Assembly (NCBI RefSeq): GCF_001194135.2
Contig: NC_068988.1
Location: forward strand, 48,058,584 to 48,122,583
Direction: 5' to 3'
Length of the DNA stretch: 64,000 nucleotides
Source of the DNA: Octopus bimaculoides
Taxonomy: Eukaryota
Shown: positions 22,866-36,529 of the stretch, piece after piece
Position numbering within the stretch: the stretch's first letter is position 1
Layout: each line of letters opens with the position of its first letter
Made by a program: the position numbers and the translations under genes
The notes under the pieces: generated by a model
Databases searched by the model: none
Seen by the model: the letters and a program-made list of their open reading frames with translations, nothing else
Told to the model about the DNA's origin: nothing

Positions 22866-24129
22866 NNNNNNNNNNNNNNNNNNNNNNNNNNNNNNNNNNN
22901 NNNNNNNNNNNNNNNNNNNNNNNNNNNNNNNNNNNNNNNNNNNNNNNNNNNNNNNNNNNNNNNNNNNNNNNNNNNNNNNNNNNNNNNNNNNNNNNNNNNN
23001 NNNNNNNNNNNNNNNNNNNNNNNNNNNNNNNNNNNNNNNNNNNNNNNNNNNNNNNNNNNNNNNNNNNNNNNNNNNNNNNNNNNNNNNNNNNNNNNNNNNN
23101 NNNNNNNNNNNNNNNNNNNNNNNNNNNNNNNNNNNNNNNNNNNNNNNNNNNNNNNNNNNNNNNNNNNNNNNNNNNNNNNNNNNNNNNNNNNNNNNNNNNN
23201 NNNNNNNNNNNNNNNNNNNNNNNNNNNNNNNNNNNNNNNNNNNNNNNNNNNNNNNNNNNNNNNNNNNNNNNNNNNNNNNNNNNNNNNNNNNNNNNNNNNN
23301 NNNNNNNNNNNNNNNNNNNNNNNNNNNNNNNNNNNNNNNNNNNNNNNNNNNNNNNNNNNNNNNNNNNNNNNNNNNNNNNNNNNNNNNNNNNNNNNNNNNN
23401 NNNNNNNNNNNNNNNNNNNNNNNNNNNNNNNNNNNNNNNNNNNNNNNNNNNNNNNNNNNNNNNNNNNNNNNNNNNNNNNNNNNNNNNNNNNNNNNNNNNN
23501 NNNNNNNNNNNNNNNNNNNNNNNNNNNNNNNNNNNNNNNNNNNNNNNNNNNNNNNNNNNNNNNNNNNNNNNNNNNNNNNNNNNNNNNNNNNNNNNNNNNN
23601 NNNNNNNNNNNNNNNNNNNNNNNNNNNNNNNNNNNNNNNNNNNNNNNNNNNNNNNNNNNNNNNNNNNNNNNNNNNNNNNNNNNNATATATATATATATAC
23701 ATTTAATACATTATAACTGAAAATCTCTGGTTACTAGTGTTCAGAGTGGCTTGTTTCTAATCATCAGCTGGAAAAGCAGACCTGGTTTTATTCTGAAATT
23801 TCCACTGTCTGAATAATTTTTGAAATATAAAATGAAAGTTAGAAGAAAACACCCTTTTGTTCTATTGTTTCAAAACCTTTGAGAACAACACATACAAAAA
23901 ATATGGTTGCTTCAACTCAGGCTTTTGATTTCATTTCTGGTTGTTGTGGTAACATTACTATAAATGTCCTAAACTCCATACAAGAGAAGTCATGATATTG
24001 TATTGCTGTTTAAGCAATGTTCCAAAGTAAAACTTTAAACTAATGTATTTGTATGTGGGTGTTCATTTCCCATGTGCATGTATATGTGATATGTGTGTGT
24101 GTGTGTGTGTACACACATATGTATATCTG

Positions 24130-24259
24130 ATGAGTTTCTCTCAATTTTCATTGGCCAGATCCACTCACAAAGCTTTGAGCAACTTTGTTTACATGCCATG
24201 AGACTGAACCCCAAACTGCGTGGTTGAGAACTGAACTTCTTAACCACACAGCCATGCAC
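24130..24259 (-). mobile_element. SINE family A head
   Basis: gatccactcacaaagctttg...actgaacc...cttcttaaccacacagccatgcac. Confidence 0.55.
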
Positions 24260-24282
24260 ATCAAGCATATCTGCATTATATA

Positions 24283-24393
24283 TTGGTTTCAAATTTTGGC
24301 ACAAGGCCAGACATTTTAGAGGAGAACTAAGTATTATATTGACTCCAGGGCTCAACTGGTACTTATTTTATCCACCCTGAAAGGATAAAAGAC
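24283..24393 (-). mobile_element. SINE family C 3' part
   Basis: ttggtttcaaattttggcacaaggcc...ctcaactggtacttattttatccaccctgaaaggat. Confidence 0.7.
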
Positions 24394-24465
24394 ATGAAAC
24401 CTTGTGGCTGGAAAGCAAACTTTATGTCACATAGCCACACTTGCGCCTATTATGTATTACTTATT

Positions 24466-24648
24466 GTTAGCCTGACAAAATACTTAGCGACAGTTCATTA
24501 ACCTCTATGTTCTGAGTTCAAATCTGCCATGGTTGACATTGTGATTCATCTTTCATGGATAATGAAATAAGTACCAGTTGAATACAAGGGTCTATATAAT
24601 CGATAATCTCCTTCTTGTAAATTTCAGGTCTTGTGCCTATAGAAGAAT
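24466..24648 (+). mobile_element. SINE family C
   Basis: ttctgagttcaaatctgccatggttgac...gaaataagtaccagttgaa...ttgtgcctatagaag. Confidence 0.65.
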
Positions 24649-24649
24649 A

Positions 24650-24802
24650 TTGGTTTCAAATTTTGGCACAAGGCCAGCAGTTTCAGGGGAGGACTAAGTA
24701 TTACATTGACCCCCAGTGCTCAGCTGGTACTTATTTTATCAACCCTGAAAGGATGAAAGGCATAGTTGACCTTGGCGGAATTTGAACTCAGAATATAAAG
24801 AC
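24650..24802 (-). mobile_element. SINE family C
   Basis: ttggtttcaaattttggcacaaggccagcag...ctggtacttattttatcaaccctgaaaggatgaaaggc...ggcggaatttgaactcagaa. Confidence 0.8.
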
Positions 24803-25116
24803 TGCTTCTTTTTAAATATTAACAAATGCACATAGATACATAACACATACACACACATATATTCAGATACATTAATGTATAAATACATACATGTGTATGT
24901 GTGTGTGTGTACATGCTTGTATATATACACATACATCTATAAACATGTATACATACATATATATATATATACACACACACATATACAATCCATATCAAGA
25001 CCAATTAACAAAAATTTATACAATACAATGCATCGACATGCTTTACATACTATAAATGTCTGTCTCTCTGTCTCTTTCTTTCTTTCTTTCTCTCTCTATC
25101 TCTCTGTGTCTTTCTT

Positions 25117-25147
<31 letters not shown>

Positions 25148-25361
25148 TTCTTTCTCTTTCACTCTATCTCTCTCTGTCTCTTTCTATCACTCTCTCTCTC
25201 TCTCTTTTTATTTTTCTCTTACTCTTACCTCTCACTCTCTCTCTTTCTCTCTTTCTGTGTGTGTGTGTGTGTGCGTGCGGTGTACATACAAGTGCATTCC
25301 CATATTTTCATATCTCTGTTATGTTGTAACATCACAAAATCACCACTACCTCCACAGCAAC

Positions 25362-25416
<55 letters not shown>

Positions 25417-25978
25417 CAACACACAAACACACGCACACACATACACACACATTCTGATTATTCAACAGAATGTAAAGCTGATGAACATTTTGGTGTATTC
25501 TACAGTGGTCTATTTGTCAAGACTTTAGCACCCTTGTGTCTGAGATATTTCCATTCATAGTTATAATGACTTGAATATTATGAGATTTCAATAATAATGT
25601 TTCATCGATGGAAATCATGATAAGCAGAATGGAAATGCATGCTTATAAATAATGTCTGCAATAATCTTCTTTGACTGGGTGTTTAAATACACCCATATCT
25701 TTTATTATTAGCTAGATTTTGTGAATGCTTTCAGCTAGATTTAAAACGCTTAGAAACATTGCTTTATATTTTTGTAAATTCGGGGGATCACACATAGATA
25801 CCTGTTTATAAACACATGCACACAACAACAACAACGACAATAATGGTGGTGGTCGTGGTGATGATGATGATTTTGATGATGATGATGATGACAATGATGA
25901 TGGTTTTTTTTATTTGCCACCAAGGTGAAGGATGAGGTGTACAATACAACGACAGACATAAAGTGCTCAGTTTACATA

Positions 25979-26387
25979 TAACTCTTTACTCTCTTACTTG
26001 TTTCAGTCATTTGACTGCGGCCATGCTGGAGCACCGCCTTTAGTCGAGCAAATCGACCCCAGGACTTATTCTTTGTAAGCCTAGTACTTATTTTATCGGT
26101 CTCTTTTTGCCGTACCGCTAAGTTTCGGGGACGCAAACATATCAGCATCAGCATCAGCTGTCAAGCGATGTTGGGGGGGACAAACATAGACACACAAACA
26201 CACTCACACATATGTATACATATATACAACGGGCTTCTTTCAGTTTCCGTCTACCAAATCCACTCACAAGGCTTTGGTCAGCCCGAGGGTATAGTAGAAG
26301 ACACTTGCCCAAGGTGCCATGTAGTGTGACTGAACCCAGAACCATGTGGCTGGTAAGCAAGCCAATTACCACACAGCCACTCCTATG
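25979..26387 (-). mobile_element. SINE family A, full length
   Basis: tRNA-like head (rc ataggagtggctgtgtggtaa...gggttcagtc), ccttgggcaagtgtcttctacta core, (GAGTAAA)n-like tail; CpGs retained. Confidence 0.9.
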
Positions 26388-27139
26388 TCTACATATGCAA
26401 AATTACGCAAAATTACTCAATATATAATTTTACAATATTTTTCACGCTATCAGCAATCTCCACTGCTAAAAGCTTTCAAATAAATAACTGTAGTTTCTTT
26501 CTACACTATATAGGTCCCAGCTATCATGTGATTNNNNNNNNNNTGATGATGATAGTACATCATGTATGTTTGTATATATGTATGTATGCAAGCATCTATC
26601 AATCTATCTATATCTACACACACACACACATGCACACATATATGTCTAAGAATTTGTGTATACCAGTGTTTTGAGTTGCTTTCCTTTTTGTCAAAAGCGT
26701 AACTTAGTAAATCAATAAACATGGATCAATAAAATAAGTGCAACACTGAAATGTATACAGCAAACCCTTGAAGGCTGTGCCCTAACATGTTCATAGTCCA
26801 ACATTTGAAACTACTAAGAGATTTAAGAAAAAACTATATATCTGTCTATAAGACTATATATGTATGTCTATATATATTTGTGTGTATGTGTGCATACATA
26901 TATATATACTCACATGCATGCATGTACATATATACATGCATTCATACACTCACATGTGTACACACAAATCTATACACATACAAATATATACATACAGATA
27001 GGAAGTGTGTATGTAATGTGAGTGTATACAGCTGCCCAAAAATGACTCTTGCACACGCATAAATTGTTTCCTCTCTTGAGAAAGATGTGTATATAGGCAG
27101 TAAGATGAATATTTGCGTGTGATGTTACATACGTGCTTA

Positions 27140-27177
<38 letters not shown>

Positions 27178-27534
27178 TATATGTGACTGTACATTTTCAC
27201 ACAATCTCACATATACACTCACTCATGCACATACTCGCTCATACATACACTTATACATATGTGCATGCGATATGCAAATCTCAGTGTGTAAGAATGTGTG
27301 CATACATACGCAGCTGACAGCCAAAACTCCTTTGGGAAGAACTTTCAAGACCAGTTGCAAAAATGACGTGTTCAGATGGCATGGAAATACAAAGGATATG
27401 TATCAGAGCAAATGGTCGAAGTTCCTTGGAAATTCAAACAAGCGGAACTCTTGAAAAATGACAACAAGTTGCAAATGAAACAAAGAAGAATGTAAACAAA
27501 ACTTGCAATTTGGCACCGAAGTGTACACAGAAAC

Positions 27535-27567
<33 letters not shown>

Positions 27568-28289
27568 GGTGGTGGTGGTGGTNNNNNNNNNNNNNNNNNN
27601 NNNNNNNNNNNNNNNNNNNNNNNNNNNNNNNNNNNNNNNNNNNNNNNNNNNNNNNNNNNNNNNNNNNNNNNNNNNNNNNNNNNNNNNNNNNNNNNNNNNN
27701 NNNNNNNNNNNNNNNNNNNNNNNNNNNNNNNNNNNNNNNNNNNNNNNNNNNNNNNNNNNNNNNNNNNNNNNNNNNNNNNNNNNNNNNNNNNNNNNNNNNN
27801 NNNNNNNNNNNNNNNNNNNNNNNNNNNNNNNNNNNNNNNNNNNNNNNNNNNNNNNNNNNNNNNNNNNNNNNNNNNNNNNNNNNNNNNNNNNNNNNNNNNN
27901 NNNNNNNNNNNNNNNNNNNNNNNNNNNNNNNNNNNNNNNNNNNNNNNNNNNNNNNNNNNNNNNNNNNNNNNNNNNNNNNNNNNNNNNNNNNNNNNNNNNN
28001 NNNNNNNNNNNNNNNNNNNNNNNNNNNNNNNNNNNNNNNNNNNNNNNNNNNNNNNNNNNNNNNNNNNNNNNNNNNNNNNNNNNNNNNTATATATATATAT
28101 ATATATGCATAGACACTAACACACACACAAATGCATATAAACACACAACATACACCAACGCATACATAAGAGTAAGTATGATGTGCTCTGTATGACTACT
28201 TCCAAGGTGAAAAGAGAACTCAACAACTTAGTAGAGTAAAGATTTTATTTTAGATATTGGAATCTTCAGCACCACACAATAGCTTAGTA

Positions 28290-29197
28290 CAAGGTGCATT
28301 TCAGAAGTTTCGAAACTCTCTCTCTTCTTAAGAGAGGTAGTTATAACTGTCCTAGATTACTGCGCTTTTAGTATATCATTATTATACATCTGATAAGCTG
28401 CCTTGCCAACTTTGGTTTTCCCAGATTGAAGAAAACAGCTGGAACAACACTTTGAAGTCACTCTACTAATCACTGCTTTGACAGTTGACTAGTTTGCTGA
28501 ATGTTGATGGGACATGAAGATGAGATGGGAATTTGATATGAAATGAATATCTTTGCTAAACAGAGCCAAAATTCTACAAAAGCTTATGAAATACTCCAGA
28601 CTGCTTATGGGTTAACTTGTATGAGACCAGCATCTGTTTTCCAATAGCATAAGAGGCCAGGCAATGTAAGCTCACAGGGGAGCTCATAATGCTACCATTT
28701 TTTGTTAACTGCAAGAATAGTATCCACATACACTGAGTTTCACTCTCATCAGATGGTCAACAATTAATAATTTGTGTGGAGGTTTTGAAGGAAGAGATTT
28801 TGTTGCAGAAGGCCAGAGCCCTTGCCCCAAGAAAATGCACCGGTCCACAATTCCATCTTAGTAAACAACTATTTGGCAGAGATGGGAATCAAGACTGTCT
28901 CTCATCCTCTCTACATTCCAAACCTTGTTCCCTGTGTCTTTTGATTGTTTCCAAGCTGAAAGAGAACCTCATGAGCAGTCATTTTGAGGATTCTGGGAAG
29001 ATGAAGGAGACTGCAATGAAGGTCCTGGACACCTTCAATTTAGAAGTCTTTCATTTGGCCTTCACTAAATAGCTGTAGTGCTGCAACAAATGCATTGAAG
29101 TCAGAAGACCCTACTTTTGAAGGAGGTTAGAGTTGTGTACTTCTTTGAAATTAATGTCTCTTCTAGAGAAGTTTCAAAACTCCTGGAATGCTCCTTG
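28290..29197 (+). mobile_element. Mariner, internally deleted, both TIRs present
   Basis: TA-CAAGGTGCATTTCAGAAGTTTCGAAACT at left, and an imperfect inverted copy ending -TA (29198-29199) at right. HTH YEILQTAYG..SVFQ*HKR; C-terminal ENAPVHNSILV..HPLYIPNLVPC..LKENL. Confidence 0.85.
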
Positions 29198-29521
29198 TAG
29201 TTTCATCCTCAATGACAATCTTCAATCCTATTTCCCCTTTGTAGGAATAAGTGTAAATCAGAGGGACGGGAAGTGTTTCATGAGTGTTCTCCTGCAGACC
29301 TCTAGACTGAAGGATGTAACAGAAACAATATTGTGCTTCTAGATGCTCGTGTCTGTGTGGTGAGGATAAGAAGATGGGTTGGAGGCTCTGTCAATTTGTC
29401 AGAGAAAGTTTATTTATTCATTAGAAAATAAAGCAGGACAGCCGATGAGAATGTGTATGGCTGAGAGGAGTGACATGACTATTAAAAAATGTTAGAAATA
29501 GAAACTGTGAAGGCTGGTTTG

Positions 29522-29632
<111 letters not shown>

Positions 29633-30651
29633 CATTTCCCAGGAGAAAACTGTGCTTTGGGGAATTGCTATTTGGCCTTTAACTCATACAAAGATAAAGT
29701 GTTATGTAAGGAAAGTTGTTTAGTTTTATGCACTTTGTTTTTGAGTAAAGAATTTTAAGGTCTACAAATTTGCTTCTGAGACAATGAATGTTAGAAGGAG
29801 AATAAATTAGAATGTGAAGGAAGTGGTGTAGTGGTTGTAGTGACATATTCCTTGGTTTTCAATTTCCTTAATTTAATAGTTTATCTATGGCTGAGATTGT
29901 ATGTGGTATAAAGGGAAGGAGGTGATGTTGAGGAGTAGAACTGAAACCAGGGAGAGACATAGATGCTGACATGCGCATGAAGAACAAAGCAGTTATAAGT
30001 GGATGTACAGAGTGACTGTGGTTTGGGACATCAAAAAGGTCGCACCTACAGAAAAATGTGGTGTTCTCTGGAAAGCATTTCAAAGCAGAGATATGTGTGG
30101 AAGTGCCTTAAATATAGGGAACTGAGCTAGGGAGAGATATAATGATAGTCCTGCAGAATATGGATACATATATGGGGGCTTTTAATTTTGAGGACAGGTA
30201 CAGGTATTCAAATACATACATATAGGTTTGCATAATGGCTAGGAGGTATTGAGAGGTGAGTATCATGTAATTAGGCAAATGTAGTTCTACACACTTTCTG
30301 TCAATTAAACACCAGTCAGAACGTTACTCTGATTTTATAACGGAAACCATTTGGCCTTAATGGTGCACAGCAGGATCATTCTTGGAACCATATGGGTGTA
30401 ATGTGATCTGATTAACAAATCATCACGATTGCACCCACATACTCATTTTTGTTGTTGTTTAGCACAAATCAATTCTGAATGAGCTTAACTGTGATGAAAA
30501 GCATTGCAGTCCATAACAATCTTCGTATTTTTCACCCAATGTAATTTCCAATTTAAGATGACACAATGTGATTTGTGGAAGATTCAGTTATATTTTCTTA
30601 TATTTTTTTAGCAGATTGAATGACAGTGGAGATTCTCTTATTGATATAGAT

Positions 30652-30934
30652 CAGGGGTTTTCAAACTTGTTGACTTGCGGACCCCTTTATATTTCAGGCT
30701 TTACCTTATAAACGCTTATGAAATTTATACATAAATATTTGCTTGAAATAACATATTTTTGCCTTTATTTATTTAACAGTATTTAACAAATAGGTTTATT
30801 GTCAATTAAAAGATTTCGATTAAAAAACATATATAAAATCAAATTGCCCATAAAAAGTATTTGCTGTCTACGGACGCCCTGTCTTGTCCTTGCGGACCCC
30901 CTGTGGTCCGCAGACCACAGTTTGAAAACCCCTG
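30652..30934. mobile_element. hAT (Charlie-type) MITE, 283 bp
   Basis: Perfect 16-bp TIR CAGGGGTTTTCAAACT / AGTTTGAAAACCCCTG; 8-bp TSD ATATAGAT / ATATAGAC. Confidence 0.88.
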
Positions 30935-31772
30935 ATATAGACTACTACGTTGGCTTGCATATGATCTGAGATTTATTTCAGTTCAAAGCTAAAATAATTG
31001 AGGTAATGAAGAATATGATATCCTTTCCCAAAACTCTTAATGACACAAAACTTGTGTCGTCGAGTTCAAATATTTTATCGATATCGTAGATAGAATATTT
31101 ATCTATCTTGCATCAACTGATTTGTATTCTGTCATGTTTTCCTGATATTTTTCAAATACTTTTTTATATGTGGCTGCTTCAGAAGAGGAAAGACAAAACT
31201 CACAACCCTTTACAAAGCATCTGTGATTGGTAGTTAATAAGATGGAAACCATCCTCAAACCAGACTATTAACCTAAGTGTGGTAACAAAATTCATACAAC
31301 TAAAGGCATCCAGAGTCATATAGTGGTGTTAAAATAGACAAAAAAAAAATTATATCTACTAGCCAGGAACAGGAATTGTAATGCCAAAAGTTTTAAACTA
31401 AAAAAGGAAGAACCACATTTTTTTTTATTTCCTTTGAATAGAATATTGGTTTGGTCTAATATGATGTCGCTTTGGGAGATATTCTGATATCAATTATGAA
31501 CAACTAATTAAATACAGGTACATTCAATTAAGTGTATCAAATGTACAACAAAACACAGAATAATTTGTGTAAAGGCAGTTGCTGTTTGTTTAAACTGGTT
31601 ATAAACACACTTGTTAGCATGATACCTTTGATTAGATCTGTGATTAAATCTGAGGAAAAAAAATCACTTACTCCTTCTCCCTCTCTCTCACACACACATA
31701 CACATATACACACAATCACACAAACAAGTATGCAAACATACATTTACATGCATATATATGTATATATATGTA

Positions 31773-31811
<39 letters not shown>

Positions 31812-32737
31812 CTTATTTACACACACATATATACTCAGTTAACAGATGCACACACCACACACACACACATAAACACACACACATATACAATATATATATG
31901 AGTATGTGAGTTTACATATATTGTTGTGTGTGTATTTGTGTGTACCCTTTGATGAAGAAATCAATGTACTCGTACACTCAGTAGCTTATTTAGAAACTAG
32001 AAACACAGACAAACGTAACTACTTTGGTAGTTAAACTTATACAGGAATAGATATACCTAGCCTTGCACTAAAACAATGTTTTTGGTTATAAGCCCCGAAG
32101 TGAACATACAGGTCTGACAACTGAAATAGGATTATAATTTAGAACCAGTTGGCTCTCATTCAGCTTTGTTGCTGTCAATACCACATGTGCTTTCTCAATT
32201 AGACTGTTTATGAGCCTGCAAGGTAGCATGAATGTAATCATGCAACTATCTAGAATTAGCTGTGAAATCTCTCTCCAGCAACAGCCAACTTTGTTAAAAA
32301 GCTGGAAAGGTCATTCCTTGGATGGTTTTGATCATAGGTCTACCCACTAATATCTGACCTGTGACCTTGCAGTTTGTCCGCTATCAACATGTCTCGTGAT
32401 TATTTTGTGACCATGAGAAAGAATTACAGGGAAGAAACTACCAGAGATAGGGTTAGGGAAAGTAAATGATAGAAGGGAAAGTGAAAGTGAAAGTAGAGTC
32501 AGAAAGAGAGAAAAATGCTAGGGTGGAGGGTGGTTTAATAAGATGAGATGTAGTGCTACCCTATATTTATAGATGAGTAGATTAAGTGGTGCATGTAGAC
32601 AAAATAGGATGGAAGAGGGTAACAGAATGGATAAGTAAAAGTATTGTCAGGGGATTAGTGAGAGGGAATCAGTGATAAGAATGGTGAGGAAGGGGGAGAA
32701 GATTTGAGTAGGAGGTGATGCAGTGCTGCTCCCCATT

Positions 32738-32904
32738 ACATATTCATGTTTGTATATGTGAGTGTATCTGTCTATGTAGATACATATCTGTAATTGAGAG
32801 CAACTAAATTATGTGTACATACAATTAGTGTGTATGTATCTCGGCAATAAATTATACGTATGTGTTCACATTGGTTATATGCAAATGTCAATGTGAGCAC
32901 TACT
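32738..32904 (+). repeat. ~165-bp direct repeat, copy 1 (copy 2 at 35925-36095)
   Basis: Collinear alignment; the ORF track shows the near-identical peptides EHIRIIYCRDTYTLI and EHIRILYCRDTYTLI. Confidence 0.8.
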
Positions 32905-33240
32905 GATGTGGGTAAGGACATATTCTCAAGAACTGTGATTTCCTTAGTTGAAAAACTCAGGGTTAATGACAAGAAGAACACCCATCCGTAAAAATTGGAT
33001 CATCAGATACTGTCAAACTGTCCAATTCATTCTAGCATAGAAAATGGATTTTAAGTGATGAGATGAGTGGGTCAGGATGAGAGTGATTATGATGATGATG
33101 CTTGCTTGAAAGTGCAAAGGTGGGTTTGCCGTATGCATGTGATCTGATGTTAATAGAAGAGGGTATGGATGGATTGGAGGGGAAGATGAATAGGTAGGAG
33201 AAATATATGGAGGTATGGAAGCAAATGGTTTAAATATGGT

Positions 33241-33447
33241 ATTGGTTTCAAATTTTGACACAACATCAGCAGATTCAGGGAAGGGAATAAGTCAATTACA
33301 TCAACCCCAGTACTCAACTGGTACTTATTTTATAGACTCTGAACTTATGAAAGGCAAAGTTGACCATCATAGCATTTGAACTCAGAACATAAAGACAGAC
33401 AAAATGTTGCAAAGCATTTTGTCCAGCACTGTAATGATTCTGTCAGT
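33241..33447 (-). mobile_element. SINE family C, near full length
   Basis: attggtttcaaattttg...ctcaactggtacttatttt...aaaggcaaagttgac...tttgaactcagaac...tctgtcagtttgccatc. Confidence 0.75.
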
Positions 33448-33574
33448 TTGCCATCTTGTGTTTGAATATGATAGTGAAAACACAAAAACTGATGGTATGT
33501 GGTGAAGTAGAAAGAATTAGGGAATGGCCCAGTGGTAGTGTGTAAGAAAGATGTTAAAGTGCACTGGCTGAATT

Positions 33575-33863
33575 ATCATCATCATCATCATCCTCATTTG
33601 ACATCCATTGTCCATGCTGGCATGGGTTGGATCATTTGACCAGAGCTGGCAAGCAGGAGAGCTGCAACAGACTCCAGTCTGATTTGGTGTGTTTTTTTAT
33701 GGATGGATGCCCTTCCTAAAGCCAACCACTGTACAGAGTGTGCTGGGGGATTTTACATGGCACAGTACAGGCACTTTTACGTGGCACCACACAGGCACTT
33801 TCCTGTGGAACCACACAGGTGCTTTTACATGGCATTGCATGGGTGCTTTACGTGCCACCACAG
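33575..33863 (-). mobile_element. RTE 3' UTR/tail with ~22-bp tandem repeats
   Basis: catcatcat...tccatgctggcatgggttgg...ggatgcccttcctaa; repeats of ttttacgtggcaccacacaggc at 33750-33860. Confidence 0.7.
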
Positions 33864-33989
33864 ATATATGAATATGCAGGGATCTAAATGTAAAGGGAGT
33901 GTAAATGGTGACGCTTGGAAATGGAATGAGAATGGGCAACAGAAAAATATATAGTTGCTTAGAAGACATGTTGAACAAAGGATTAAAAT

Positions 33990-34510
33990 CTTAACAATGG
34001 TCACTAGAGTGGGAGGCAACAGTAAAAGTTCTAGAAACTGAATGAGGAGTTAACTTGGAGAGGTGTGTCACTGAAATTGAAGAGAAAGGTTTATGTTGCA
34101 TGTGTATGAAGAACCAGGATCTTTGGATGTGAGACATGAATATTAAATATGGAGGTGTAGAGAGGGCTGGAAAGAATGGAAATCTAGTAGTTCAATTGAT
34201 GAGCAATGTGTTGCTGTAAGAGTGAAGAAGAAGACAAAGAATTGCAGAGGATGAGGGGATAGATCCTGTGATGGATGTGAAGAGAAATTAGAAGAGAGGG
34301 CTGGACCAAATGCTGAGGTAAAAATAAAAGTGATGAGGTGAGAAGAGTGATGAAAATGAATCTGGAAAGAAATAACGAAGGAAAAAAACTTGAGAAAGAC
34401 ATGGTAATATGGTTAAAAATATGGTGACAGGGCTAAAGGTGATAGAGGAGGAAATGAGGGCAATGGGGTTAGTGAAGGAATACATGGAGCATAGGGCTAA
34501 ATGAAAAAGA
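33990..34510 (+). mobile_element. RTE ORF2 C-terminal relic
   Basis: LTWRGVSLKLKRKVYVACV*RT.IFGCET*...GLERME matches RTE SL.LKGKVY.ACVR..MLYGSETW..LER.EM. Confidence 0.6.
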
Positions 34511-35098
34511 CAGTCACAACTTTCATTAGTGGGAGGAAATAACCTTAAAACACTTGTTATGTGGCTGGCTTTGAGAGATGGAGAGAGACAAAATAAACAG
34601 TGAAAAGAGAAAAACAGGCATTATAAAATACAGCAAGATTGGTTTTGAGAATGAAGGACAAATAAATGAATGAAAGGAATATCAAAAGCAAAGAAGGAAA
34701 GACAAGCTTAATAGCAGATGAGGAAAAACAAAACTGAACGAAAGAAATATAAAGAAAGAAAAACTATTGCACAGAAAGACAAAATTATTGGGAAAAAAAA
34801 AGACTTTTATTAGAGAAAGAAAAGAATAATAGAAATAAATGGAAAGTAAAATGAAAGAAAGAAGGAAAATAGAAAAAGAAAATAGGATGAAAGACAGACT
34901 ATACTGAGAAAGCCAAAAAAGACGAAAGAGAAAATGAAAGTAAAACTGTGTGTGTAAAAAGTGTGTAAAAGACATTGGCAACCTGTTAGATTGAGGTTAA
35001 GTATTTCTTTGACTCAGAGTAAACAAGATTATAGCAATTTGTGCTGCAAGCCAACAGCTTAACTATACATATATGTGGGACTGCCAGCACAAAAATGC

Positions 35099-35129
<31 letters not shown>

Positions 35130-35406
35130 CATATATATATACATATACATAATTACATATTTATTTATATGTGTGTGTGTATATATGTATATATATATGT
35201 ATATATATGTGTGTATGTATATATATATATATATATATATATAAATATAATTTTATATAAAAGGATATGCATATATGCATGCAAAAATGTATGTACATGT
35301 GTTTATGATTGCAAATGTAGTTTAGTGTATGTAAATATTTACAAGATATATATGTGTATATACATACATACATACATACATATATATATATATATANNNN
35401 NNNNNN

Positions 35407-35450
<44 letters not shown>

Positions 35451-35924
35451 CTATGTGTTTTATGTATTTCTTTACGTCTGAATGCATATATGTGAGGACA
35501 CCTTAAACACATGGATATGAAAAAAATATAGCAATTTCATTGAATATCAATAATTTTAGAATGAACACAAACATAATTTACTGAGGAATAAGTGCATATC
35601 AATACTGTTTTGTCAGTAAATATATACGTGTACATATATCTACATGCATCTGTGCATGCATACATTTATGCATGGTGTTCTAAGTACATGCCCGTGACTG
35701 TATGCATTTTGTGAATGTTTGCACATAGACATAGACAAGCATTTGTCAGTGGATGTTCATATAGGATCATAATAATCAAGGCAAGTATATGCTGGTGCGT
35801 CTAAATGCAGCTATACTCATTAAAAGTAACTGTTTCTTTGCATCTACATTCATATGAATATGATATGTATATGGATTTGTATGTTTTTCAGTGCATGTGA
35901 AATTGAGCATAGATGCACTTTAAT

Positions 35925-36095
35925 ACATATTCATGTTTGTATATATGAGTGTATCTATCTATGTGCATTTCTACATATCTATAATTGAGCGCAACGAAAT
36001 TATATGTACACACAATTATTAGTGTGTATGTATCTCTGCAATAAAGTATGCGTATGTGTTCACTTTGGTTATGTGCAAATGTCAATGGGAGTACT
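35925..36095 (+). repeat. ~165-bp direct repeat, copy 2
   Basis: Aligns with 32738-32904. Confidence 0.8.
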
Positions 36096-36529
36096 ATGGA
36101 TCCATGTGTGTCTGTATGCTTCTAATGGCATTTATTGGGATTATAGTTTTCATAAACAGCTCGAAGTTGTGAGGAGCTTATACGATTACCTTCAAGAAAA
36201 TCTGTGCCTGTGTGATTGTTTGTGTGTGAGTGAATGTCTGTGTGTGAGTGAGCATGTGTGTGTGTGTGTGTGTGCACACAAGGCGTGAGTGTGTGTGTGT
36301 GTGTGCACGTACACAAGGCGTGTGTGTGTATGGATGGATGGATGGTTGGAGGTACTTATATGTATGTACATATATATATGTACATATATATATGTGTATA
36401 CATCTATCTATCTGTCTGGCTGTGTCTCTCTTCCTCTCTCTCTCTCTTTATCTCTCTCTTTCTCTCTCACTTTCTCTCTCTCTCTCTCTCTCTCTTACTC
36501 TCTCTTTCTCTCTTTCTTTCTTTCTATAC

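Noticed and set aside
28728-28752. Minus-strand CTGATGA-GAGT-GAAAC motif
   Set aside because: Only 4 nt between core halves (no stem II); lies within mariner coding relic.
33750-33860. Short regularly spaced repeats superficially like a CRISPR array
   Set aside because: Eukaryotic context, no unique spacers; tandem repeats inside an RTE 3' UTR.
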